A stretch of DNA of 64,000 nt from Acidobacteriota bacterium (lineage in GTDB: Bacteria > Acidobacteriota > Polarisedimenticolia > J045), in the NCBI GenBank assembly GCA_025456425.1, contig JALOKP010000013.1, positions 480 to 64,479 on the forward strand. The letters run 5' to 3'. Below are positions 35,236-44,282 of this stretch, piece after piece. The position numbers and the translations under genes are program-made. The number at the start of each line of letters is the position of its first letter. Positions within the stretch are counted from its first letter, which is position 1. The notes below the pieces were generated by a model. It searched no databases and was not told the DNA's origin. It was given only the letters and a program-made list of their open reading frames with translations.

Positions 35236-35368
35236 CGGCTTCGGATCTCCGCTCTGGAGAAGGTTGTTCCTCGGCGAGAATAGTACCCGGCCTTTCCGCG
35301 GTTCCAAACCGCCGCGGACCGCCCCGAACGTCTGGGGACGGCTCACCGCCGCCCCCCGCGAGGACCGG

Positions 35369-36157
35369 ATGGACTCCACCGATCGGCTGATCGCGATCAT
35401 GGCCCGCCTGCGAGGCGAAGGCGGGTGCCCGTGGGACCGCGAGCAGACCCCCCGCACGCTCCGCCCCTACGTCCTCGAGGAGGCCCACGAGGTCGCCGAG
35501 GCGATCGACGGCGGGGACTGGGACGAACTCCGCGACGAGCTCGGGGACCTCCTGCTGCAGGTCGCGTTCCTGTCGCGGATCGCCGAGGAGGAGGGGCGCT
35601 TCCGCTTCGACGACGTCGCCGCCGCGATCTCGGACAAGCTCGAGCGGCGGCACCCCCACGTCTTCGGCGACGCCCAGGCGAAGCGCGTCGAGGACGTCTG
35701 GCGGCGCTGGGACGAGATCAAGCGCGCCGAGAAGGCCGGCACCGCGGAAGACGGCGGGCCCGACGCGTCGCGGCTCGCCGGGATCCCGCGCGGACTGCCG
35801 GCGCTGGGGCGGGCCGCCGCGGTGGCCGACAAGGCCTCGCGGGCCGGCTTCGACTGGCCGGAACCGGCCGGGATCGTCGACAAGCTGGCCGAGGAGACGG
35901 CCGAGCTGCGGGCGGCGCTCGCGGCGGGCGACCGGGACCACGCCGAGGAGGAACTGGGCGACCTGCTCTTCGCCGCCGCCAGCCTGGCGCGGCGGCTGAA
36001 GATCGACCCCGAGGGGGCGCTGGCGCGCGCGACGGCCAAGTTCGTCGCGCGCTTCCGGAGTGTCGAAGAGGGCGCGGCAGCCGATGGGGTGCGGCTGGAG
36101 GATCTCGGTCCGGCGGAACTCGACCGGCGCTGGAACGCGGCCAAGCGCGCGGAGTGA
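35369..36157 (+). CDS. mazG: Nucleoside triphosphate pyrophosphohydrolase MazG
   Basis: GCPWDREQTPRTLRPYVLEEAHEVAEAI...ELGDLLLQVAF...RHPHVF, with a second MazG half ELGDLLFAAASLAR. Only the last 263 codons of ORF 32840..36157 are used. Confidence 0.9.
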   Translation: MDSTDRLIAIMARLRGEGGCPWDREQTPRTLRPYVLEEAHEVAEAIDGGDWDELRDELGDLLLQVAFLSRIAEEEGRFRFDDVAAAISDKLERRHPHVFGDAQAKRVEDVWRRWDEIKRAEKAGTAEDGGPDASRLAGIPRGLPALGRAAAVADKASRAGFDWPEPAGIVDKLAEETAELRAALAAGDRDHAEEELGDLLFAAASLARRLKIDPEGALARATAKFVARFRSVEEGAAADGVRLEDLGPAELDRRWNAAKRAE

Positions 36158-36166
36158 GCCGGGCTC

Positions 36167-37147
36167 CTAGGCGTGCAGTTCGGTGAACTTGCCGATCCGG
36201 CGGAAGCGCTGGTAGCGGTCCTCCAGCAGCTCGTCCGCCGAGAGCGTCGCCAGCTCGCCGAGCTGCCGCTCGAGCACCTGTCCGACGGCGTCGATCGTCC
36301 CCTGTGGGTCGGAGTGCGCCGCTCCCGCCGGCTCCGGGATGATCTCGTCGATGACGTCGAGGTCCTTGAGGTCGGGCGCGGTCAGCCGCAGGGCCTGGGC
36401 CATTTCGGGGGCCTTGGCCGCGTCGCGCCAGAGGATCGAGGCGCAACCTTCCGGGCTGATCACGGAGTAGACCGAGTACTCGAGCATGTTGACCCGGTTG
36501 CCGACGCCGATCGCGAGCGCGCCGCCGGACCCTCCCTCGCCGGTCACGGTGCAGATCACGGGGACCCGCAGCCGCGCCATCTCGCGCAGGTTGAAGGCGA
36601 TCGCTTCGGCCTGCCCGCGCTCCTCGGCGTCGATCCCCGGGTAGGCGCCCGGGGTGTCGATGAAGGTCAGGATCGGCCGGCCGAACTTCTCGGCCATCTG
36701 CATCACCCGGAGCGCCTTGCGGTAGCCCTCGGGGCGCGGCATCCCGAAGTTGCGCTGGATCTTCTCGCGGGTGGCGCGCCCCTTCTGGTGGCCGACGACC
36801 GCGACCGGCCGGCCGCGGAAGCGTCCCATCCCGGCGACGATCGCGTGGTCGTCCGAGAAGCGCCGGTCGCCGTGGAGTTCGATCCAGTCCTCGAGCAGGC
36901 CGCCGACGAAGTCGAGCGTGTACGGCCGCCGGGGATGGCGCGCGACCTGCGTCTTCTGCCAGGGATCGAGCTGCGAGTAGACCTCGCGCCGGACGGCGTC
37001 GAGTTTCTCGCGCAGGCTCGCGATCTCGGACTCGAGCGCCGGGTTTCCGAGCCCCGCCAGCTCCTCGATCTTCTGCTCGAGCTCGAGGATCGGCTTTTCG
37101 AAACTCTCGTCGGTCACGGGGGGGTCTCCGGGGGCGGGCGAGAGCAT
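36167..37147 (-). CDS. accA: Acetyl-CoA carboxylase carboxyltransferase subunit alpha
   Basis: [10 protein letters not shown]...[14 protein letters not shown]...[38 protein letters not shown]. Confidence 0.92.
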   Translation of the reverse strand: MLSPAPGDPPVTDESFEKPILELEQKIEELAGLGNPALESEIASLREKLDAVRREVYSQLDPWQKTQVARHPRRPYTLDFVGGLLEDWIELHGDRRFSDDHAIVAGMGRFRGRPVAVVGHQKGRATREKIQRNFGMPRPEGYRKALRVMQMAEKFGRPILTFIDTPGAYPGIDAEERGQAEAIAFNLREMARLRVPVICTVTGEGGSGGALAIGVGNRVNMLEYSVYSVISPEGCASILWRDAAKAPEMAQALRLTAPDLKDLDVIDEIIPEPAGAAHSDPQGTIDAVGQVLERQLGELATLSADELLEDRYQRFRRIGKFTELHA

Positions 37148-37168
37148 ACCCGTCCCTCGGGCGGGGTG

Positions 37169-38062
37169 TCACGCCCGAGGGTGGTGCTCGTCGTAGAGCT
37201 GGCGCAACCGCTCGCGCGCGACGTGGGTGTAGATCTCGGTCGTCGAGATGTCGCGGTGGCCCAGGAGCTGCTGCACGGTTCGCAGGTCGGCGCCGTGCTC
37301 GACCAGGTGGGTCGCGAACGAGTGGCGCACGACGTGCGGCGAGAGCCGATCGGCGTCGATCCCGGCCTCCCGGCCCAGGCGCCGCAGCTGGACCCAGAAG
37401 TTCTGGCGCGTCATCGGGCGGCCGCCGCGGCCCGGGAAGAGCGTGTCGCCGCGCGGCCGCAGCGCCGGGCGGCCGCGCTCGAGGTACTCGCGCAGCGCGG
37501 CGAGCGCCTTGGAGCCGGCGGGGACGAGCCGCTCGCGGCTCCCCTTCCCGATCACCCGGACCAGCCCGCGCCGCAGATCGAGTTGCCCGGTGCGCAGCGC
37601 ACACAGCTCCGAGACGCGCAGCCCGCTGGCGTAGAGCAGCTCGAGCATCGCCCGGTCGCGCAGTCCGCGCGGGGTCGCCGGGTCGGGTCCGGCGAGCAGC
37701 CGCTCGACCTCCGCCTGCCCCAGCACGCGGGGCAGCGGACGTCGCCGGCGCGGGGCCGGGATGCGCAGCCCCGGGTCGTCCTCGCGCAGGCGCTCCTCGC
37801 GCAGCCAGCGCAGCCAGGCGCGCACCGCGGCCAGGCGGCGGGCCCGCGTGGCGGCCGAGAGCCCGCTCGATTTCTGGGCCCGCAGCCAGGCGGTCAGCGA
37901 CTCCTCGCCGACCTCCGCGGCGGACTCGCCGCCGTGCGCGGCGAGGAAGGCGGCGAGCGCCGCCAGGTCGCGCCCGTAGGCGTCGACGGTCCGCGCCGAC
38001 AGCCCGCGCACCGCGACGAGGTACTCCAGGAAGGCCCCGATCGACGGCTCGGGTTCGCTCAC
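37169..38062 (-). CDS. xerD: Site-specific tyrosine recombinase XerD
   Basis: RDRAMLELLYASGLRVSEL, GKGSRERLVP, HVVRHSFATHL, LLGHRDISTTEIYTHV, C-terminus HHPRA. The GTG start overlaps the dtd stop (GTGA). Only the last 297 codons of ORF 37169..39292 are used. Confidence 0.85.
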   Translation of the reverse strand: MSEPEPSIGAFLEYLVAVRGLSARTVDAYGRDLAALAAFLAAHGGESAAEVGEESLTAWLRAQKSSGLSAATRARRLAAVRAWLRWLREERLREDDPGLRIPAPRRRRPLPRVLGQAEVERLLAGPDPATPRGLRDRAMLELLYASGLRVSELCALRTGQLDLRRGLVRVIGKGSRERLVPAGSKALAALREYLERGRPALRPRGDTLFPGRGGRPMTRQNFWVQLRRLGREAGIDADRLSPHVVRHSFATHLVEHGADLRTVQQLLGHRDISTTEIYTHVARERLRQLYDEHHPRA

Positions 38063-38538
38063 GGCGGGTCCTCGCGCCCGCCGGGGCCGTCGAGCAGGAA
38101 GGTCACCGGCCCGTCGTTCACCAGCTCGACCTGCATCATCGCGCCGAACCGGCCCTCCTCGACGCGCAGTCCCTCGCCCCGCAGCGCCTCGACGAACGCG
38201 GCGCAGAGCGGGACCGCGACTTCGGGCGGCGCGGCCGGATCGAACGACGGCCGGCGCCCCTTGCGCGTGCGCGCCGCGAGCGTGAACTGCGAGACGACCA
38301 GGACCGCGCCACCGACCTCGGCCAGCGTGCGGGCCCAGAGGACCCCGTCGGCGGGAAAGAGCTTCATCGCGGCCAGGCGGCGGGCGTACCACCCGGCCAG
38401 CTCGGCGCTGTCGCCGCGCTCGACGCCGAGCAGCACCAGCGCGCCGGGGCCGATCGCGGAGACGGTCTCCCCGCCGATCGCCACCGCGGCGCGCCCGACG
38501 CGCTGCACGAGCACCTTCACGCCGCGCATTATGCGCAC
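38059..38538 (-). CDS. dtd: D-aminoacyl-tRNA deacylase
   Basis: VLVQRV...GPGALVLLGV...LVVSQFTL...GRRPSF...FGAMMQVELVNDGPVT. The exact start among the first 7 codons is uncertain. Confidence 0.85.
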   Translation of the reverse strand: MRIMRGVKVLVQRVGRAAVAIGGETVSAIGPGALVLLGVERGDSAELAGWYARRLAAMKLFPADGVLWARTLAEVGGAVLVVSQFTLAARTRKGRRPSFDPAAPPEVAVPLCAAFVEALRGEGLRVEEGRFGAMMQVELVNDGPVTFLLDGPGGREDPP

Positions 38539-38647
38539 TTCCCGGGCGCGGGACAGGACGGTCGTCCCGCGGGTTGACCCCCTCCGCCGCGCGTGACAAT
38601 CTCACCCGCTGCCGCGAAGCAAGGGGCGCGCGGAGGAGGGTGCACGG

Positions 38648-39064
38648 ATGGCGTCGCTCGCAAAGATCATCCTCGTCGGGAACCTCGGCCGCGATGCCGA
38701 GCTGAAGTACACGCCTTCGGGCGCCGCTGTGCTCGAGTTCACGGTCGCCGTCAACGACCGGCAGGGCGATCGCAACGCCGGGGGCCAGGAGACGACGACC
38801 TGGTTCCGCATCAACGTCTGGGGCAAGCAGGCCGAGTCCCTCAAGCAGTACCTGGTCAAGGGGAAGCAGGTGTACGTCGACGGCCGGCTCAAGGTGCGCG
38901 AGTACAGCGACCGCGAGGGGAAGAACCGGACCAGCCTCGAGGTCCGCGCCGACCAGATCCAGCTGCTCGGCGGGCGCGGCGAGGGGATGGACCGGGGACC
39001 CGGCGGGCCGCCGCCCGAGCTGCAGGGCCAGGACCCGATCCAGGACGACGACATCCCCTTCTGA
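38648..39064 (+). CDS. ssb: Single-stranded DNA-binding protein
   Basis: MASLAKIILVGNLGRDAELKYTPSGAAVLEFTVAVN...WFRINVWGKQAE, a Gly/Pro-rich tail, and the acidic tip DDDIPF. Confidence 0.94.
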   Translation: MASLAKIILVGNLGRDAELKYTPSGAAVLEFTVAVNDRQGDRNAGGQETTTWFRINVWGKQAESLKQYLVKGKQVYVDGRLKVREYSDREGKNRTSLEVRADQIQLLGGRGEGMDRGPGGPPPELQGQDPIQDDDIPF

Positions 39065-39189
39065 GCGCCCTTCCCCGGCAGGGGCCGACAAGCCGCGGCA
39101 GGCGCGGACTTTCCCGGGAAGCACCGCCCGCTTCGATTTGCCCGGAGGGGGGCAGGGCGGTATAAGAACGGGATCGTCCCGGAGCGCCG

Positions 39190-40053
39190 ATGTCCTTGCG
39201 TGCCCCTGCCGTACGGCTGTTCGTCTTCGCGCTCGCCGCTGCGCTCGGGGCCTCCGCGTGCCTCGCTTTCGAGGGCGAGCGCCCCGCCGCACCGGCGCGG
39301 GGCGAGGTCGTCTCGTCCAACTTCAGCTTCTACATCGAGGCGTCGGGCCGGCCCCTCCCGGAAGAGATCTACCGGATCGAGGTCGCGCTGGACTCCGACT
39401 TCGACCGGGTCGTGGCCAGCTTCGACGGGAAGAAAGAGAAGGTCGGCTGGCTGCTCGGCGACTCGTACAACGTCTCGGACGTCCCCGAGAAGTACCGCCC
39501 CAAGAACTACCAGGGGATCCACTTCCGCGTGAACGGCAAGCTGCAGGACGGCACCTACTTCTGGCGCGCCTCCAAGGCCCAGGGAAACGGCGCCTGGACC
39601 CCGCTCGAGGGAGTCCAGCAGTTCACGGTCGATACGCGGCCGCCGGCGCCGGTCGACACGCTGCGCCTGCGGCGGCTTCCCGACGGTACGCTCCAGCTCT
39701 GGTGGTCTCCCGTGATGCGGGACATGGGAGACGACATGGAGCAGGTGGCGGGCTACCGGGTCTACCGCTACGACAAGGCCCTCAAGCGCTTCCCGCTGAT
39801 GACCCGCTACCTGGCCCAGGAGACGGCCGACACCACCGCCGCCTTCGCGCCGCCGCCGAATCCCGACGACGCGACGCTCGAGCGGATCGTCTACTACCTG
39901 GTCAACGCCGTCGACCAGGTGGGGAACGAAGAGGGCCGGCGTCGCCCGCTGCCGATCGGCGACCTGGAAGCGCCGGCCGAGATCCCCAACCTCGACGAGC
40001 TGACCGACCCGAACTACCTGCGGCAGCTCAACCAGGCCGAGCGACCGCGCTGA
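39190..40053 (+). CDS. Secreted hypothetical protein with fibronectin-III-like C-terminal domain
   Basis: Signal peptide VRLFVFALAAALGASA. FN3-like segment PPAPVDTLRLRRLPDGTLQLWWSP...VAGYRVYRY...YYLVNAVDQVGNEG. Confidence 0.6.
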   Translation: MSLRAPAVRLFVFALAAALGASACLAFEGERPAAPARGEVVSSNFSFYIEASGRPLPEEIYRIEVALDSDFDRVVASFDGKKEKVGWLLGDSYNVSDVPEKYRPKNYQGIHFRVNGKLQDGTYFWRASKAQGNGAWTPLEGVQQFTVDTRPPAPVDTLRLRRLPDGTLQLWWSPVMRDMGDDMEQVAGYRVYRYDKALKRFPLMTRYLAQETADTTAAFAPPPNPDDATLERIVYYLVNAVDQVGNEEGRRRPLPIGDLEAPAEIPNLDELTDPNYLRQLNQAERPR

Positions 40054-40057
40054 CCGG

Positions 40058-40774
40058 TCAGGCCCCCAGCCGCCCCAGCGCCGCGGTCGCCTGCTCGCGC
40101 GCGGGCGACTCGGGGTACGAGTCGACGATCTCGCGCCAGGTCCGGGCCGCCTCGTCCTGCTGCCCCGCCCCCTCGAGCGTCCGGGCCAGGCCCAGCAGGG
40201 CCATGTCGCGGGGGTAGCCCGAGTCCTTCTCGGCCAGCTTCCGCCAAGCCGCCAGCGCCTTCTCGCGCTGCCCCGCGCGGTCGTAGGCGGCGGCCAGCAC
40301 TGCGCCGGCGAGCGGGCCGACCGTGGCGTCCCCCTTCAGTTCGGCCGAGGCCTTCTCGAGCGTCGCGATCGCCGCCGTCGGGTCCCCGTTTTCGAGCAAC
40401 GCGATCCCCTCGAGATAGGCGGCGAGGGCCGCCGGCTTGCCGCCCACGGCGGTAGCCCGCGCCAGGCGCTCGGTCGCGGCGCGCGATCTCTCGGTCGCGC
40501 TGGCGAAGCTGGGAGCGTACGGGTCGTCCGGCTTGGCGCCGGTCTTGACGACCGGGGCGTCGAGCGCGGCCTGGCCCCGCGACAGCAGGTCGGCGGCTCG
40601 CTGGTCGCGCGAACGCATCCAGGCCGAGCCGCCCCAGGCTGCCAGCACCAGGGCGACGAAGAGTCCGGCCCCGACGAGGAGCTGGGTCGGGTGGTCTTCG
40701 ATCCACTGGAAGACCCGCATCCCCTCGGAAATGAACTCGTCCTGCTTGATCTTCTTGCGCTCGCTCCGGTCCAT
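40058..40774 (-). CDS. YfgM-like membrane-anchored TPR protein
   Basis: N-terminus KKIKQDEFISEGMRVFQWIEDHP plus a single TM (LLVGAGLFVALVLAAWGG), then TPR-like helices. The architecture resembles the YfgM/UPF0070 family. Confidence 0.55.
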   Translation of the reverse strand: MDRSERKKIKQDEFISEGMRVFQWIEDHPTQLLVGAGLFVALVLAAWGGSAWMRSRDQRAADLLSRGQAALDAPVVKTGAKPDDPYAPSFASATERSRAATERLARATAVGGKPAALAAYLEGIALLENGDPTAAIATLEKASAELKGDATVGPLAGAVLAAAYDRAGQREKALAAWRKLAEKDSGYPRDMALLGLARTLEGAGQQDEAARTWREIVDSYPESPAREQATAALGRLGA

Positions 40775-40845
40775 CGCGTCCTCTCCAGGATCCCGCCGCG
40801 CCCGCAGGCGCCGTCCGCTCGTTTCGCCAGTCCCTCGGCCGGGCG

Positions 40846-40922
<77 letters not shown>

Positions 40923-41150
40923 GCCCGAAAAGCGCAGCATAGTAAACCCGCGGGCCCTTCCGCGGCACGCCGGCCGCTCGGCGGAGGCCCTGCCCGCCCC
41001 TTTCCGTCCGGGACGACCGCCCCGGTTCACGCGAATCCGCCGCGGGCCGAAGCCGTTCCCTCTTGATTCCGGTCCGCAGGTTTGCGACGCTCGGCCGGTG
41101 CAGGACTTCCCGCCCCGCACAGCGGGAGCGGCCCGGCTCGGAGGCAAACC

Positions 41151-41501
41151 ATGGCGGTCCGGAAGAAGGCCACGAAGAAGGCGACGCGGAAGAAGGCCAC
41201 CAAGAAGGCCACCCGGAAGAAGGCCTTGAAGAAGGCTACCCGCAGAAAGGCCACGAAGAAGGCCACCCGGAAGGTGGCGCGCAAGAAGGTCAAGAAGGCG
41301 GTCCGCAAGGTCAAGAAGGCCGTGCGCAAGTTGAAGGCGGCCCGGAAGACCGCCCGCAAGAAGGTCCGCCGCACCGTGATGCGCAGCAGCGCCGGCAAGA
41401 AGCTCTACGCCGTGCGAAACGCAGACGGGTCGTTCAAGGACATCCAGACCTACGCTCGCGCCCACGCCGCCGACATCCGCAAGGTCGCCAAGGACGAGTA
41501 G
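41151..41501 (+). CDS. Histone H1-like lysine-rich nucleoid protein (KKATR repeats + globular C-terminal tail)
   Basis: MAVRKKATKKATRKKATKKATRKKALKKATRRKATKKATRK... with a GGAGG SD 6 nt upstream of the ATG. The C-terminal ~40 aa are non-repetitive (GKKLYAVRNADGSFKDIQTYARAHAADIRK). Confidence 0.7.
   Translation: MAVRKKATKKATRKKATKKATRKKALKKATRRKATKKATRKVARKKVKKAVRKVKKAVRKLKAARKTARKKVRRTVMRSSAGKKLYAVRNADGSFKDIQTYARAHAADIRKVAKDE
41160..41375 (+). repeat. Coding tandem repeat (15-nt / pentapeptide KKAT[R/K] units degenerating to KKAVRKV)
   Basis: Direct reading: aagaaggccac[c/g]c/a-ggaag... units iterate about 8 times, then diverge. Confidence 0.75.
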
Positions 41502-41537
41502 GCGCGCGACATCACCGGTCCGGCCTGGAACGGACGT

Positions 41538-41561
41538 GGGGCGGGCCTGCGGGCCCGCCCC
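41538..41561. terminator. Perfect 10-bp GC hairpin between convergent genes (bidirectional terminator candidate)
   Basis: GGGGCGGGCC-TGCG-GGCCCGCCCC lies between the histone-like stop (41501) and the apt stop (41608). No clear U-tract on either side. Confidence 0.45.
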
Positions 41562-41607
41562 GGCATCGTCCCCCGGCGAGAACGAGCCGTTCTCGCGGCC
41601 GGCCCCG

Positions 41608-42129
41608 TCAGTAGGCCATCAGCGCGTGCGTCTCGATGCCGCCGAGCAAGGCCCTTCCGTTCAGCGCGGTCAGTTCGACCAGGAAGAGCGCGCCGGCGAC
41701 CTCGCCCCCGGCGCGTCGCACCAGCCGCGTAGTCGCCGCGGCGGTCCCCCCGGTCGCCAGCAGGTCGTCGACGACGAGGACCCGCGCCCCGGAGGGGATC
41801 GCGTCGGCGTGCATCTGGAGCTCTCCCTGCCCGTACTCCAGCGTGTACTTCTCGGCGAGCGTCCTCCACGGCAGCTTGCCCGGCTTGCGCACCGGGACGA
41901 TCCCGACGCCGAGCCGCAGGGCCAGCGGCGCGCCGAAGAGAAACCCGCGCGACTCGACGCCGACGACGACGTCGGGCCGTCGCGGGCGAGCCCACGCCTC
42001 GAGCAGGTCGACCGCGGCGTGCAGGGCCTCCGGCGCGGCCAGCAGCGGCGTCAGGTCGCGGAACAGGATCCCCGGGCTCGGGAAGTCGGGGACGTCGCGG
42101 ATGTAGGACTTGAGATCGTCGGCGGTCAT
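41608..42129 (-). CDS. apt: Adenine phosphoribosyltransferase
   Basis: IRDVPDFPSPGILFRDLTPLL...VVGVESRGFLFGAPLA...VLVVDDLLATGGTA. These are the last 173 codons of ORF 41608..42750. Confidence 0.9.
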   Translation of the reverse strand: MTADDLKSYIRDVPDFPSPGILFRDLTPLLAAPEALHAAVDLLEAWARPRRPDVVVGVESRGFLFGAPLALRLGVGIVPVRKPGKLPWRTLAEKYTLEYGQGELQMHADAIPSGARVLVVDDLLATGGTAAATTRLVRRAGGEVAGALFLVELTALNGRALLGGIETHALMAY

Positions 42130-42410
42130 GGGGTCGGCTCCGTCCGGAGGATCGAGAAGCCAGGGTGGTCTTCCGGGGCTGCGTCGGCCGGCTCGACGGC
42201 CCGGACGCGCGCGTAGCGAGGCCCTCGCGACAGGTCGAAGGCCAGTTCCGCCAGCTGCTCTTCCGTCCCCTCGGCGTGGACGGCGACGGTGCCGTCCGGC
42301 CGGTTGCAGACCCAGCCGGAGACCCCCAGCGCCTCCGCGCAGGTCTTGGCGAACGAGCGGAAACCGACCCCCTGGACGGTCCCGCGGACCGTGAACCGCC
42401 TCGCCGGCAT
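42126..42410 (-). CDS. acyP: Acylphosphatase
   Basis: VRGTVQGVGFRSFAKTCAEALGVSGWVCNRPDGTVAVHAEG. ATGA overlap with the apt start. Confidence 0.87.
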   Translation of the reverse strand: MPARRFTVRGTVQGVGFRSFAKTCAEALGVSGWVCNRPDGTVAVHAEGTEEQLAELAFDLSRGPRYARVRAVEPADAAPEDHPGFSILRTEPTP

Positions 42411-42486
42411 CGACTGCCTCCTGCTCCCGGACGCGCGGACTTGCGGCCCGGGACGCGCATTCTAGCGAACCTCGAGAAACCTCGTT

Positions 42487-42505
42487 GCGCCAAGGGGTTT
42501 TGGCG
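42487..42505 (+). promoter_or_regulatory. Inverted repeat just upstream of the Cys-rich ORF / cus operon
   Basis: GCGCCAA-ggggt-TTGGCGC, ending 14 nt before ATG 42520. It could be an operator or an RNA hairpin. Confidence 0.3.
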
Positions 42506-42519
42506 CGAAGATATCTGCG

Positions 42520-42894
42520 ATGCGCTCCGCCCGGGCCGTGCTCCTCGCCGTCCTGCTGGCCGCCCTGGCCTGGCCGGTCCCGCTCGCCCCCGCCTGCGCG
42601 AGCGCTGCGCCGCCCCCCTCGTCCTGCTGCTGCCCACCCGCCGAGGACGGTCGGGACGGGTGCGGCCCCCGCGGCTGCTGCTGTGTCCGCGACGGTGGGC
42701 CCGCGGAGCCGCAGCGGCCCGAGCCCGCGACCGCTGCCGTTTCGTCGCACTCCGAGGTCGTCCCCTGCCCGCCCCCGGTGGCGGTGGCGATTCCGCCGGC
42801 GGCAGACGGACCCGGAGCCGCGGACGAGCCGCCGGGTCTCGAAGCGGGCCCGGCCCCGGCGCGGTACCTCGTCCTCTGCACCTTTCGCTGTTGA
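42520..42894 (+). CDS. Small secreted Cys-cluster protein (putative metal-binding), first gene of the cus-like operon
   Basis: Signal-like N-terminus MRSARAVLLAVLLAALAW. Cys clusters SCCCPPAEDGRDGCGPRGCCC, VPCPPP and LCTFRC at the C-terminus. Located 50-100 nt upstream of the OMF gene. Coding status is unproven in this GC context. Confidence 0.4.
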   Translation: MRSARAVLLAVLLAALAWPVPLAPACASAAPPPSSCCCPPAEDGRDGCGPRGCCCVRDGGPAEPQRPEPATAAVSSHSEVVPCPPPVAVAIPPAADGPGAADEPPGLEAGPAPARYLVLCTFRC

Positions 42895-42947
42895 CCCCGT
42901 CCCCGTGACCGGTTGACCCCTCCCGCGCCGCGGCGCGGGGAGACTCC

Positions 42948-44282
42948 GTGTCGAACGGACGCGGCGGCGCCGTGCGCGCCTGCCGCAGGCGAGGTACGAC
43001 AGTGGATACCTTGACGCGCTCCGGCGCGCTGCTCGTCGCCCTGCTGGCCGCTCCTGCGCTGGCGGAGCCGGCCGCGCCGCCCCTCGAGCCGCGCAGCCCG
43101 GACGAACTGGCCCGCGCGGCGCTCGCTGCGAACCCGGCGCTTTCCGCGCTCGACCAGCGGCTGGAGGCCGCCCGCGCCGCCGCCGAACCGGCCGGCGCGC
43201 TGCCCGGCCCGATGCTCGAGACGATGCTGCAGAACGTCGGGCTCGACCAGCTCACGGTGGGCGACGAGGACATGTCGATGCTCGCTGTCGAGCTGCGGCA
43301 GAGCCTGCCGAGCCCGCGCAAGCGCGCGGCGCGACGGGTCGCGGCCGACGCCGACGGCGCCCTGGTCGCGGCCGAGGCGCGTGCGCTCCGGCGCGAGATC
43401 GTGGCCGAGATCCGCGAGGCCTGGGCCGCGCTGTACGCGATCGACGCCGAATCCGCGATGCTGGCCTCGGCCGCCGAGTCGTACGAGTTGCTGTCGCAGG
43501 CGGCGGCGACCCGCTACGCCACCGGCACGACCGAGCTCGAGTCGGCGGTGCGCGCGCGGCTCGAGGCGGCGCGGCTGTCCGAGCGAGCGATCGACCTCCA
43601 GGCGGCGCGGGCGCTGGTCGCAGCGCGGCTGGAACGGCTGGTCGACGCCCCTGGCGGTCTCTCGATCCCCCCCGTCGAAGCGCTGCCCCCCGTCGACTTC
43701 CCGGCCGACGGCTGGCCGGACGAGGCGCTGCGCGAGGCCGCCCCTGTGGCCGCCGCGCGGGTCGCGATCGAGGCCGCGGAGCGGCGCGCGGCGGCGGCCC
43801 GCGAGGAACTGAGGCCGGACCTCTCCGTCGGTGGCGGGGCCGGGTACCGCGGATCGCTCGACCCGGTCCTGATCGTGCGATTCGGCATCGAGTGGCCCGC
43901 GTGGAGCCGCGACACGCTGCGCCCCCGCGTCGCCGCGGCCGAGGCCGAGGTGCGGGCCGCGCGGGACGATCTCCGGGCCGCCGAGGCCGGGACCCGGGCC
44001 GCGGCCGCGCGGGCCGCCGCGCTGCGCACGCAGGCCGAGCGCCAGCTGGTGCGGGTCCGCGAGGGGAGCCTGCCGCTCGCCAGCGCCGCGCTGGACGCCG
44101 CCCGCTCGGCCTACACCGCCGGCCGCGGCGAGCTCTCCGCCGTGGTGGAAGACCTCAATGCCTGGCTCGAGGCGCGCGTCCTGGTCGCGCGCCGCGAGGC
44201 GGACCTGTACGCCGCCTGGGCCGCGACCCGGGCCCTGGTGCCCAGCGCCGAGGACCGCGCGCTGCTCGGAGAAACGCCATGA
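42948..44282 (+). CDS. cusC: TolC-family outer-membrane efflux protein (CusC/CzcC-like)
   Basis: Signal peptide ALLVALLAAPALA and paired coiled-coil repeats typical of OMFs (NPALSALDQRLEAARAA...; LPDLSVGGGAGY...). First structural gene of the CBA operon. Start could be GTG 43002. Confidence 0.75.
   Translation: MSNGRGGAVRACRRRGTTVDTLTRSGALLVALLAAPALAEPAAPPLEPRSPDELARAALAANPALSALDQRLEAARAAAEPAGALPGPMLETMLQNVGLDQLTVGDEDMSMLAVELRQSLPSPRKRAARRVAADADGALVAAEARALRREIVAEIREAWAALYAIDAESAMLASAAESYELLSQAAATRYATGTTELESAVRARLEAARLSERAIDLQAARALVAARLERLVDAPGGLSIPPVEALPPVDFPADGWPDEALREAAPVAAARVAIEAAERRAAAAREELRPDLSVGGGAGYRGSLDPVLIVRFGIEWPAWSRDTLRPRVAAAEAEVRAARDDLRAAEAGTRAAAARAAALRTQAERQLVRVREGSLPLASAALDAARSAYTAGRGELSAVVEDLNAWLEARVLVARREADLYAAWAATRALVPSAEDRALLGETP

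Noticed and set aside
32840-36157. 1105-aa plus-strand ORF treated as one gene
   Set aside because: Only the last 263 codons (mazG, from ATG 35369) are credible. The rest is antisense to three minus-strand genes.
38574-38602. Possible sigma70 promoter upstream of ssb (TTGACC ... GACAAT/CAATCT)
   Set aside because: Spacing is 15 nt to the better -10 candidate, and the 17-nt alternative is a poor hexamer. This is too weak to report as a feature.
37169-39292. 707-aa minus-strand ORF treated as one gene
   Set aside because: Only the last 297 codons (xerD) are real. Upstream it runs through dtd in another frame and antisense to ssb.
41027-41398. 123-aa minus-strand ORF opposite the histone-like gene
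   Set aside because: It is a Phe/Leu/Arg-rich mirror translation of the Lys-codon repeat, with no SD. The plus-strand gene has GGAGG plus an ATG.
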